64,000 nt of DNA from Candidatus Poribacteria bacterium. Lineage in GTDB: Bacteria > Poribacteria > WGA-4E > WGA-3G. Shown here in pieces: positions 8,449-17,239 of this stretch. The notes below the pieces were generated by a model. The model worked only from the letters and a program-made list of their open reading frames with translations. It was not told the DNA's origin and did no database searches. Numbering within the stretch: the stretch's first letter is position 1; every line of letters starts with the position of its first letter. Position numbers and translations under genes: made by a program. The stretch is from contig JAJEGI010000031.1 of NCBI GenBank assembly GCA_022819945.1, forward strand, positions 27,792 to 91,791. Reading direction: 5' to 3'.

Positions 8449-9588
8449 TTGTTGCGATTTTCTGATAAAGTGGAGGACAACTTGAACCGAAATCATGCGG
8501 ATGTCATTGTTATCGGCGGGGGGATTATCGGATGTGCAATCGCTTACAATCTTGCCAAACGCGGCGTAAAACCGCTGCTGATTGACAAAGCACCAGCTGT
8601 TGGTACAGAAGCCTCTTGGGCTGGTGCAGGGATTCTGATCTCACACGCCTCAACCCATGAACCGTATCCGACACTATGCCGCGCGAGCCTCGCCCTTTAC
8701 CCGACGTTAGCAGAAGAACTTCGAGCAGAAACTCAGATAGATATTGAATTCATTCAGTCTGGCACACTGTCGGTTTTTTTCAACGAAACTGAAGCCGCAG
8801 GGTTAATTGGACTCGCAGACCGGCGCGTAAAACGCGGCTTTTCAACCGAAGTCTTGACTGCTGAGCAGGCGTGGCAATTAGAACCGACCCTCTCAAAATC
8901 TATTGTTGGGGCAGTGTTGTTTCCTGAAGATGCCCAAGTGCGTAATCCGAAGATGGTGACAGCACTTGCAAAGGGGGCTGCGAAACTCGGTGCGAAATTC
9001 CAATTGGGCAATCCCGCCACTAATTTTATCCGAGAGAGCGAACGCGTCATCGGTGTCGTCGTGAATGGCGAAACCTTGTACGCTGACACCTTCGTGATTG
9101 CTGCCGGGTGCTGGGCAGGGGCATTGATGGCGCAACTTGATGTTCCGATACAGATTGAACCTGCGAAAGGACAGATTGTTCTCGTTGAAGCGATGCCGCC
9201 GCCTTTTCAGCACATTATTGATGGGTTGGGTATCTACATCGTACCGAGAGCAGATGGCAAAATTCTACTCGGTGCGACTGTGGAATACGTCGGCTACGAC
9301 AAAACCGCGACCGTAGACGGTGCGAAGCAGATGATTGACGCTGGAATCGCCATTGCCCCCCAACTTACACGCAGTACTTTCGTGCAAACGTGGGCAGGTT
9401 TGCGTCCTTATACAAAAAAAGGTCCGCTTCTCGGCTATCTGCCCGGGTATGATAACGTCGTCTTGGCATCCGGACATTTCAAAAATGGTATACTGCTCGC
9501 GCCGATCACAGGGCAGCTTGTTGCTGAACTGATCACGAGCGGGCAGCCTTCATTGCCATTAGAGCCGTTCCAGCCAGCAGTGATGTAA
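8449..9588 (+). CDS. FAD-dependent oxidoreductase, glycine oxidase ThiO-like (DAO family)
   Basis: Dinucleotide-binding motif DVIVIGGGIIGCAIAYNLAKRG and C-terminal GHFKNGILLAP are typical of glycine/D-amino-acid oxidases. Start is non-ATG (TTG at 8449 or 8481), so it is uncertain. Confidence 0.75.
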   Translation: MLRFSDKVEDNLNRNHADVIVIGGGIIGCAIAYNLAKRGVKPLLIDKAPAVGTEASWAGAGILISHASTHEPYPTLCRASLALYPTLAEELRAETQIDIEFIQSGTLSVFFNETEAAGLIGLADRRVKRGFSTEVLTAEQAWQLEPTLSKSIVGAVLFPEDAQVRNPKMVTALAKGAAKLGAKFQLGNPATNFIRESERVIGVVVNGETLYADTFVIAAGCWAGALMAQLDVPIQIEPAKGQIVLVEAMPPPFQHIIDGLGIYIVPRADGKILLGATVEYVGYDKTATVDGAKQMIDAGIAIAPQLTRSTFVQTWAGLRPYTKKGPLLGYLPGYDNVVLASGHFKNGILLAPITGQLVAELITSGQPSLPLEPFQPAVM

Positions 9589-10042
9589 GGAAAACCAAGG
9601 TTAAAAATAAAAATATAATTTTTTTTCAATTTTAAATGAATTGTTTCAAAATGTATGGATTAAACTATTAAGAGTTTTTTTATACTCAGAAAAAAGGGGA
9701 TTAAATATCACCCCTGTCTAATGACTAACCTAATAGGAGGGTTATAGTAATGTATCAAAGTGTTTTGTGTTTAACAACGGCACCGTCTCAGATTTGGGCG
9801 GTTGGCAAGAGTGTATGGAATAGCGGTAGTAGAGGTAACAATAGGGATTGCGCTTTAGGAGAGCGCACCTCAAGAAAGGCACGGGCATCTAAAACTGCCG
9901 ACGTGCACCGTTGTTGGACTACGACTCGATTATGGAGAAGGCACAGGCCAAGGAGCGAACAAGCAGGCAGCTTCCTATACCTTGGAATGGAAGGAGGGTT
10001 ACGCGCCTTCGCTTGAAACGCTCCTCGTTTGAGGAGACAAGC

Positions 10043-10633
10043 ATGATACACACTGACGAGCAGTTGATGCTCTCTGTCAAGGATGGAAACAGAGACGCAT
10101 TCCGAATTTTAACCGAACGGCATTATACAAACACTTTAAACTTTATCTATCGGTTTGTCAAAAATCGAACACTTGCGGAAGACCTCTGTCAGGAAACATT
10201 CTTACGGTTATGGTGCTGCGTCCCATCGTACCGACCCATTGCCAAATTTAGAACATTTCTTTACCATATCGCCAAGAACGTCTGTTTGAAACAGTTGGCG
10301 AAAGAGCAGAGGAACCCTCAGGTTGAATCATTGGATACACATTACGGAGATGATGATGAATACTCTCCCCCAATTACTGTTGCTATAGCGGATACACGTT
10401 ACTCCCCGGAGGGACTAATCATTGCCAAAGAAACTTACGAGGCGATTCAGACCGCAATCGCTAAGTTATCAAAGGAACATCAAGTGGTGTTCCGCTTGAC
10501 AGAAGTTCAGGGAATGTCGTATCAGGAGGTCGCGACTATCCTTGAATGTCCGATTGGTACCGTTGCCTCACGAAAAAACGCAGCGATTCAACAACTCCGG
10601 AAATTTTTAGCACCCTATAGAGCAAACTTATAA
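10043..10633 (+). CDS. ECF-type RNA polymerase sigma-70 family factor
   Basis: Region 2 (DAFRILTERHY...FIYRFV...AEDLCQETFLRLW) and region 4 HTH (LSKEHQVVFRLTEVQGMSYQEVATILECPIGTVASRKNAAIQQLR). Start set at ATG 10043 with GAGGAG 7 nt upstream. Confidence 0.85.
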   Translation: MIHTDEQLMLSVKDGNRDAFRILTERHYTNTLNFIYRFVKNRTLAEDLCQETFLRLWCCVPSYRPIAKFRTFLYHIAKNVCLKQLAKEQRNPQVESLDTHYGDDDEYSPPITVAIADTRYSPEGLIIAKETYEAIQTAIAKLSKEHQVVFRLTEVQGMSYQEVATILECPIGTVASRKNAAIQQLRKFLAPYRANL

Positions 10634-10661
10634 TATCGAAGGCTTTGGACTTCACATGTCT

Positions 10662-10699
10662 AAACCGTTTCGCACTCTGGCGTACACCCCTGCGTCAGA
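10662..10699 (+). terminator. Rho-independent terminator after the sigma factor gene
   Basis: 8-bp stem GCACTCTG/CAGAGTGC followed by TTTTTT. Confidence 0.6.
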
Positions 10700-10885
10700 G
10701 TGCTTTTTTAGTGGATTTTCACAACGAAATCGGATATGCTATTCTTAGCCAACTGACAACTGTAAATCTCTAAATTCAATGGACAATCAGAACAGGTTAG
10801 TGTATGATGTGAATTAGGGTAAAAAAAGAAATGAGACCCCTTCTTGGCAAATTTAAGCGAACGCGAATCGGAAGGATATAAAACC

Positions 10886-11611
10886 ATGCAAAACGCACGT
10901 TCCAAAATCAAAGCACTCACCTTTGATGTCTTCGGGACAGTTGTGGACTGGTACAGTTCAATCGTTGCCGAAGGCGAAAAACTTGGCGATACCCACGGTA
11001 TTGATATCGATTGGGCGCAGTTCGCCTTGAAATGGCGTGCCGGATATGGACCCGCAATGGACAAGGTTCGGCGTGGCGAATTACCATGGCAGAACATTGA
11101 TGCGCTGCACCGACTTATCTTGGAGCGTCTGCTTGACGAATTCAAAATCGTCGGCTTGAGTGAAGCCGATAAAGATCATCTAAACCGAGGCTGGCATCGA
11201 CTCAAACCGTGGCCCGACGCTGTCAGCGGATTAAAACGGCTGCGAAAGCGGTATATCGTCGCAACACTCTCTAACGGCAACATTGCACTATTGACGAACA
11301 TGGCAAAATTCGCAGGACTGCCGTGGGATTGTATCTTATCTGCCGAGTTAACACGGCATTACAAACCGGATCCCGAAGTTTACGAAACCGCCGCTGCGTT
11401 GCTCGGTTTATCACCAAATGAAGTTATGATGGTCGCCGCGCACCCTGGCGATCTTCGCGCCTCACAGGCTGTCGGTTTTCAGACAGCACTCGTGCCGCGT
11501 CCTTTGGAATATGGACCCAGCAGCGTTCGAGAAGTAAATGCACATCCGTCTGACCTTGTCGCCACTGATTTTAATGCGTTGGCAAACGCATTGGAGAGGA
11601 ATGAAAAATGA
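10886..11611 (+). CDS. Haloacid dehalogenase type II (HAD superfamily)
   Basis: Motif I ALTFDVFGTVVDW, a later SNGN block and KPDPEVY. Start at ATG 10886 with a GGAAGGA RBS. Confidence 0.8.
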   Translation: MQNARSKIKALTFDVFGTVVDWYSSIVAEGEKLGDTHGIDIDWAQFALKWRAGYGPAMDKVRRGELPWQNIDALHRLILERLLDEFKIVGLSEADKDHLNRGWHRLKPWPDAVSGLKRLRKRYIVATLSNGNIALLTNMAKFAGLPWDCILSAELTRHYKPDPEVYETAAALLGLSPNEVMMVAAHPGDLRASQAVGFQTALVPRPLEYGPSSVREVNAHPSDLVATDFNALANALERNEK

Positions 11612-12174
11612 ATGTACACGAAGTCTCCCGAGTCGCTCAAGAAATACCCTTACCGGAACACACCACCATGACCCTGGAGGAATTTCTGGCAAGCGATATA
11701 GAAGGGTATGAATACGCTAAAGGAGAATTAGTCCCCATGGCAGCACCGTCACTCGGACACGCTAAAATTAGTGCAAGAATCACACATTATTTGTTCACGC
11801 ATGTCAGTGAAAATGATTTGGGTGAGGTGTATGTAGAAGCGGGATTTCAGGTAGGAGAACGCGGAATGAAACCGGATGTCGCGTTTATTTCTACAGCACG
11901 CTTGCCTGAAGATGAAAGCAAAGGCTCCCCAATTCCACCTGATTTCGCTGTTGAAGTGCTCTCACCCACAGATATTCATTGGCGCGTTGCCGAAAAGATA
12001 CAAGCCTATCTAAAAGCGGGGACCCAGATGGTATGGGTTGTTGAATCTGTCATGAAGACGGTGACAGTGTATCGTTCCGTAACAGACATTAAAGTGTTCA
12101 CCGCCAACGACACGCTCACAGGTGAGGATGTTGTGCCGGGGTTCTCTTGTCAAGTTACACAACTTTTTGAGTAG
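11608..12174 (+). CDS. Uma2-family (DUF820) putative restriction-endonuclease-like protein
   Basis: EYAKGELVPMAAPSLGHAKIS ... KPDVAFIS ... PDFAVEVLSPTD follows the PD-(D/E)xK Uma2 pattern. Start overlaps the HAD stop (ATGA). Confidence 0.8.
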   Translation: MNVHEVSRVAQEIPLPEHTTMTLEEFLASDIEGYEYAKGELVPMAAPSLGHAKISARITHYLFTHVSENDLGEVYVEAGFQVGERGMKPDVAFISTARLPEDESKGSPIPPDFAVEVLSPTDIHWRVAEKIQAYLKAGTQMVWVVESVMKTVTVYRSVTDIKVFTANDTLTGEDVVPGFSCQVTQLFE

Positions 12175-12210
12175 GAACCTCATTCCTAAACGCGAAGGAG
12201 AGAAGACACT

Positions 12211-13230
12211 ATGGACAAAATCCGAATCGCATTTATCGGTTGTGGCCCTATGTCCACGCAATTGCAACAGTGCATACCGATGATACCAGAATTTGAATTT
12301 GTTGCCACTTGCGACCTCGTTGAAGAGAAAGCAGCATCGAACGCTCGAAGGTTTGGCGCGCTTCGTCATTACACCGATTACAACGAGATGTTCAAAAATG
12401 AAGACCTCTACGCCGTGGCTGTCGTGGGTAGACCGGAGGACAAACTGCATCGCGACATCGGTATTGAATGCCTCAAGCAAGGGTATCACATCTACACCGA
12501 AAAACCGCCCGCGACCACCGCTGAAGGCGCAAAGATGCTCGTTGATGCGTCCATTGAGACTGGCAAAACAGGTATGGTCGGTACAATGTGGCGACATGCA
12601 CCCGCACATCAGATTGCCAAACAGTTGATGGACGAAGATGCGTTCGGTGAAGCCTGTCAATACCATACCCGATACCTCGCTCCGGGGCCGCGGCTTCAAG
12701 ACGCAGGATCGCCTTTTGCGTGGCCCTTCATGCTCGATCAAGTGATTCATCCGACCGATTGTATGCGTTTCTTTATGGGGCAGGTCAGCGAGGTCTACGC
12801 GACAGGCACAGTTGACGCAGTATCCAGTACGGTCTCAATCTCTGTTAATCTACGTTACGAGAACGGCGGCATGGGCACGATGACACTCGGCACGGGCCCG
12901 GTTTTAGAAGCGATGGTTTTCGTCAAAGGCACCGGCAATCAAGCGATTCAGGTGTTGGAGACGCGTAAGTTACGCCTTTATCGTAATCCGACATGGCTCG
13001 GCTTCGGCGGCGGTTATGCCGATACACCCACTGAAGAATGGGATCTCAACACGGCATACCACGGTATCGGCAGGCCCGGTTACCTCGAAGAGATGCAGCA
13101 TTGGGCACAGTCGTTGAAAGCTGGGACACAACCCCATTCAAGCCTCGAAGATGCCTACCAGAACATGCGCGTTTTGGAGGCGATTAGCCGTAGCGTTGAA
13201 ACCGGAGAGGTCGTTCAAATTCCTGCGTAA
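12211..13230 (+). CDS. Gfo/Idh/MocA family oxidoreductase
   Basis: N-terminal Rossmann IRIAFIGCGPMS and the EKPPA motif (YTEKPPATT). Confidence 0.85.
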   Translation: MDKIRIAFIGCGPMSTQLQQCIPMIPEFEFVATCDLVEEKAASNARRFGALRHYTDYNEMFKNEDLYAVAVVGRPEDKLHRDIGIECLKQGYHIYTEKPPATTAEGAKMLVDASIETGKTGMVGTMWRHAPAHQIAKQLMDEDAFGEACQYHTRYLAPGPRLQDAGSPFAWPFMLDQVIHPTDCMRFFMGQVSEVYATGTVDAVSSTVSISVNLRYENGGMGTMTLGTGPVLEAMVFVKGTGNQAIQVLETRKLRLYRNPTWLGFGGGYADTPTEEWDLNTAYHGIGRPGYLEEMQHWAQSLKAGTQPHSSLEDAYQNMRVLEAISRSVETGEVVQIPA

Positions 13231-13299
13231 CCTGTAGAATGGATAGAGAGGTTTAGTGATTTCAATCCTATTTGAACTTTTTTTTAATGGAGGCTAGCA

Positions 13300-13506
13300 A
13301 TGAGACAAGTCGTGATTTATCCGGGTGAGAATGGCTATTGGGTTGCAGAATGTCCCAGTCTACCTGGTTGCATCAGTCAAGCTGAAACGAAACAAGAGCT
13401 CATCAACAATATCAAAGAGGCGATTGATGGATATATTATAGCACTGAAAGAGGATGGGCTGCCGGTTCCTGACGAGCACTTTGAGGCATTACTGTTAGTT
13501 GTATGA
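13300..13506 (+). CDS. hicB: HicB-family antitoxin (UPF0150)
   Basis: YWVAECPSLPGCISQAETKQELINNIKEAIDGYI is typical of the HicB N-terminal domain. Overlaps hicA by ATGA. Confidence 0.85.
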   Translation: MRQVVIYPGENGYWVAECPSLPGCISQAETKQELINNIKEAIDGYIIALKEDGLPVPDEHFEALLLVV

Positions 13507-13730
13507 GTCGGTTACCGCGAATCTCAGGGCAGGAGTGTATGAAAACGCTTGCCAAAGTTGGCTTTTATCTAAAGCGGCAGCGGGGTAGTCATCTGATTTT
13601 GCGGCGTGATGATCCGTTTGCACAGGTCGTTGTGCCTGCTCACAAGGAACTTGATAAAGGGACCTTACGGGGTATTATCAGGCAAGCGCATCTTGGAGTC
13701 GATGAATTCATGGCGTTGCATTCATCTTGA
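13503..13730 (+). CDS. hicA: HicA-family mRNA interferase toxin
   Basis: GFYLKRQRGSHLILRR...VVPAHKELDKGTLRGIIRQA is the YcfA/HicA signature. Confidence 0.85.
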   Translation: MSRLPRISGQECMKTLAKVGFYLKRQRGSHLILRRDDPFAQVVVPAHKELDKGTLRGIIRQAHLGVDEFMALHSS

Positions 13731-13784
13731 TAACTTGGCGTTCATTGTGGAAAATGTATTACAAAAGGAAATGACAGAATCACT

Positions 13785-14678
13785 ATGGACTGGTCACCGC
13801 GTGTAAAACCCATCAAAATCCGTCGGCTTTACCGATACACTCGGCTCGGCATCTATGATGATTTATTGTTACACGATGTCGGTTGGGAACTTTACGCGCG
13901 TTGTATGGATATTGCCAAAGTTGCCGATGTTTTCCGAGAAGGACGGGTGCCTTGTCCAAAGTGTAACACGAAAATAACGCGACGGATTGACCCGCTCTTT
14001 AGTACCGGTGAAGGGGGAACGCACGAGCATTGGTTTCGCTGTACACACTGCGGCGAACGGTTACTCTGGCAAGATTGCCGACAGACTCTCCGTAACACGC
14101 CGCGATGCTTTGAATGTCGTGAGGTTTTGCAAAAAGCAGACGAATTAGCGTGTACCTGTGGCAAAACTTGGTCTCAGGAAGCCTATAATCAGTCTGTGAG
14201 AACCCGTGTCCGCCTACCGTGTCCACACTGTCTTAACCTCGTCCGTAGACCTGCGGTCCCTAAAATTCGGGCTACCAGAGGTCGACAATCTAACCCCGAA
14301 CTGCAATGCCCTAAGTGCCAAGCGGTCGCGCGCCATCAGCACGGCAATATCGAGTGTACAATCTGCGGTTACAAACGCCGCTGGCGAGATTACCGCAAGC
14401 ATCTAAAAAAGAAAGATGAAAAACTCGAATGTCCGGATTGCGGATATACTTTCAGATGGCAGGCGTGGCGGAAAAGTGCCCGTTCATTGAGAACCGGCAA
14501 TCCGAGACCGGCGCGTGAATTCATTAAAAGATGGCTCAGATGCTACACGCCGCAACAGCGTATGATACAGATTGATACCTTACTTCAAACCTTACACGGT
14601 AGAGGTCCCTTAGCGCCACTGTTTATTGATAGCGGTGAACACAACATCCGCCAGATGCTCGACGATTTGGCATCATAG
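13785..14678 (+). CDS. Basic, cysteine-rich protein with seven CxxC pairs (multiple zinc-ribbon-like units); function unknown
   Basis: CPKC, CTHC, CFEC, CPHC, CPKC, CTIC and CPDC pairs are regularly spaced. Rich in Arg and Lys. No recognised catalytic motif. Confidence 0.5.
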   Translation: MDWSPRVKPIKIRRLYRYTRLGIYDDLLLHDVGWELYARCMDIAKVADVFREGRVPCPKCNTKITRRIDPLFSTGEGGTHEHWFRCTHCGERLLWQDCRQTLRNTPRCFECREVLQKADELACTCGKTWSQEAYNQSVRTRVRLPCPHCLNLVRRPAVPKIRATRGRQSNPELQCPKCQAVARHQHGNIECTICGYKRRWRDYRKHLKKKDEKLECPDCGYTFRWQAWRKSARSLRTGNPRPAREFIKRWLRCYTPQQRMIQIDTLLQTLHGRGPLAPLFIDSGEHNIRQMLDDLAS

Positions 14679-14744
14679 GTGGACGTAAGCCGGACCCAGA
14701 AATAAACGATTGCTAATCAAGATTAACGATTTAGGGGGAACACC

Positions 14745-15502
14745 ATGAAAGTTCTGTTTTTTATAATACTCGTTATCGGTTTGGTAATACCCGGCACACT
14801 TGGGGCGAAAAATATGGCACTCGAATTAGATGGCAAAACCGCTATCGAAGTCCCAAACAGTGACAGCTTGAATCCCAAAGATGCGATAACGATAGAAGCC
14901 TGGATGAATATGAGTAAGCCTGTCGGTGAATGCCTCGCAAAGGACTGGGGGGCAAAAGGGATTACATCTTTCCAGAGATTGTCCAAAATGGAAACGGATT
15001 ACGGTTTGTCCTCTGGCCCGGCACAAAAATTCTTGATGTCCCTGGATTGAAGCCGAATGAATGGCAGCATGTCGCAGGGGTCTGGGACGGTAAAGAGATG
15101 CGCACCTATATTGATGGCAATGAAAAGGGTGCCCTCGCTTTTGAAGCAAAGGAATTAGCAGCAACTGAGGCTTCGCTGTATATCGGGGTCGGCGATAGCC
15201 AAAATTGGTTCTGCACAGGTTCCATCGATGAAGTCCGTATCTGGGAAGTCGCTCGGACCGAAGAAGAGATTAATGAATTCATGATGAAGGTGCTCAACGG
15301 CGATGAAAACGGCTTGAACGCACACTACACTTTTGATGAAGGCAACGCCAACGATAATACCAAAAACGGAAACGATGGCAAGGGTGGGTTCGGAAAGCCG
15401 AACTATATTGATGTCACCAAAGACCTTGACCTCACGCCACTTGCTGTTGAACCGGGAGATAAACTGACAACAACATGGGCATGGGTGAAAAAGACCCGAT
15501 AA
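14745..15502 (+). pseudogene. LamG (concanavalin-A-like lectin) domain protein, reading frame broken at a G6 run
   Basis: ORFs 14745..15050 and 14930..15502 are the N- and C-terminal halves of one LamG domain (signal peptide, LELDGKTAIEVPNSDSLNP..ITIEAWM / ..WQHVAGVWDGKEMRTYIDG..GSIDEVRIWEVARTEEEI). One extra G in the run at 14947..14952 would join them. Total length is 758 nt, which is 3n+2. Confidence 0.7.
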
Positions 15503-15579
15503 TCGGTTTCGGAATATGTTGCAAGTCCCCCTGATAAGGGGTGTTTTTGCTGGGGTGTTTCTTATAGGGGGTTTCTTGG

Positions 15580-16401
15580 TTGTATCAATTTTCGGATGAG
15601 ATTCTTTCGTTCTATAGACAGACGCAAGAATCTAAAAGACTTACAAAGGATGTCAGGGGACAGATAGAATTTGCGCGTACCCAAGAAATTATCACGCGCT
15701 ATTTACCCGAACCGCCCGCAGTCGTTTTGGACATCGGTGGTGGGTCGGGTCCGTATGCCTGTTGGTTAGCAAAGGCAGGCTATGAGGTCCATCTCGTTGA
15801 TCCAGTAGATTTACATATTGAACAGGCAAAAAAAGCTTCAAATCAACAACCAGAACACCCGATTGCCAGTATATCGCTTGGCGACGCGCGGACACTCCGT
15901 TTTTCGTCAGCCTCTGTGGATGCTGTTCTGCTATTGGGACCGCTCTATCATCTGGTTGATAAAAGTGAACGACTGCTGGCATTGAAAGAAGCACATCGTG
16001 TCTTGCGAAATGGGGGCGTTATGGTTGCTGCCGGTATCTCGCGGTTCGCCTCTCTACTCGATTTTTTCCGCAAGGACCGATTGGGCGACTCTATATACAG
16101 AGGTATTGTTCAAAACGACCTCGAAACGGGTTATCATCGGAACCCAACGGAGAATTTGGAATTTTTTACCGATGCGTATCTTCACCGTCCAGAAGTGTTC
16201 AATTCTGAAGTCGTCGAAGCCGGTTTTCAACATCAGGCGACGCTTGCTGTACAAGGACCGACGTGGCTTTTTGAGTCGGTTGAAAATTATTGGTCAGATC
16301 CTGAACAGCGTGCCGCGGTTTTAGATTTAATTCGGAAAGTCGAAGCAGAACCTTCGATACTCGGCATGAGTGCACATATCCTGGCGATAGGAACGAAATA
16401 A
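15580..16401 (+). CDS. Class I SAM-dependent methyltransferase
   Basis: Motif I VLDIGGGSGPYACWLAKAGYEVHLVD, then VDAVLLLGPLYHL. TTG start, so the exact start is uncertain. Confidence 0.8.
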   Translation: MYQFSDEILSFYRQTQESKRLTKDVRGQIEFARTQEIITRYLPEPPAVVLDIGGGSGPYACWLAKAGYEVHLVDPVDLHIEQAKKASNQQPEHPIASISLGDARTLRFSSASVDAVLLLGPLYHLVDKSERLLALKEAHRVLRNGGVMVAAGISRFASLLDFFRKDRLGDSIYRGIVQNDLETGYHRNPTENLEFFTDAYLHRPEVFNSEVVEAGFQHQATLAVQGPTWLFESVENYWSDPEQRAAVLDLIRKVEAEPSILGMSAHILAIGTK

Positions 16402-16414
16402 AGGGTGACTGATA

Positions 16415-17239
16415 ATGCCTGAAGGTCAAGTGGTTCAAAAGACAGAAACACTCGCCACAGTGGAATCGCTGCAGGCGGATTTTGAGGCACTCGGTATTGA
16501 AAAGGGGATGGTCTTACTCGTCCATTCATCATTGAGCGCTATGGGATGGGTCTGCGGCGGTGCTGTCGCAGTCATCATTGCACTTCAAGAGGTCTTAGGT
16601 AAGACTGGTACACTTGTGGTGCCGACCCATTCAACCGACCTCAGCGATCCGAGTCAGTGGGAAAATCCGCCTGTCCCCGAATCGTGGTGGCAAACAATAC
16701 GCGAGACGATGCCTGCCTACGATCCCGATTTAACGCCTACCCGTTCAATGGGCAAAATTGCTGAAACCTTCCGAAAACAGAGCGGAGTTCTCCGCAGTGC
16801 ACATCCACAGAGTTCGTTTTCTGCCCGCGGTCATCAAGCATCAGACATCATAGACAACCACTCCTTGGCTTACGGCATGGGTGAACACTCACCACTTGCC
16901 AGAATCTACGATTTACACGGTTCTGTCCTGCTCCTCGGTGTCGGGCATTCAAGCAATACGTCCATACACCTCGCAGAATACCGAGCGGACTTCCCAACCA
17001 AACGCATTGTACAGGACGGTGCCCCGATCTCACAGGCGGGTTCAAGGTCATGGACTACCTTTGAAGATATTGACGTAGACGATTCAGATTTTGATCGCCT
17101 TGGCGAAGATTTTCTGCGTTCTGATGCTGGCAAGGTAGTTCAGCGTGGCAAGGTCGGCATCGCAAACTGCCAACTCATGCCACAACGCGCTGTCGTTGAC
17201 TTCGCCATTGATTGGCTTGGGAAAAATAGAGGACAATAA
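16415..17239 (+). CDS. Aminoglycoside N(3)-acetyltransferase family (AAC(3)/Antibiotic_NAT) protein
   Basis: LLVHSSLSAMGWVCGGAVAVIIALQEVLGKTGTLVVPTHS...RSAHPQSSFSARG...SPLARIYDLHGSVLLLGVGHSSNTSIHLAEY matches AAC(3) family blocks. Confidence 0.8.
   Translation: MPEGQVVQKTETLATVESLQADFEALGIEKGMVLLVHSSLSAMGWVCGGAVAVIIALQEVLGKTGTLVVPTHSTDLSDPSQWENPPVPESWWQTIRETMPAYDPDLTPTRSMGKIAETFRKQSGVLRSAHPQSSFSARGHQASDIIDNHSLAYGMGEHSPLARIYDLHGSVLLLGVGHSSNTSIHLAEYRADFPTKRIVQDGAPISQAGSRSWTTFEDIDVDDSDFDRLGEDFLRSDAGKVVQRGKVGIANCQLMPQRAVVDFAIDWLGKNRGQ

Noticed and set aside
9661-9720. GGGG-loop-CCCC hairpin followed by a T-run on the minus strand (terminator-like), in the AT-rich spacer after the ThiO-like gene.
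   Set aside because: No minus-strand gene lies upstream of it to terminate, the stem is only 4 bp, and the region is AT-rich low-complexity sequence.
12010-12750. 246-aa minus-strand ORF overlapping the Uma2 end and the Gfo/Idh/MocA start.
   Set aside because: It runs antisense to two motif-supported genes, and the translated sequence is Arg/His/Cys-rich nonsense.
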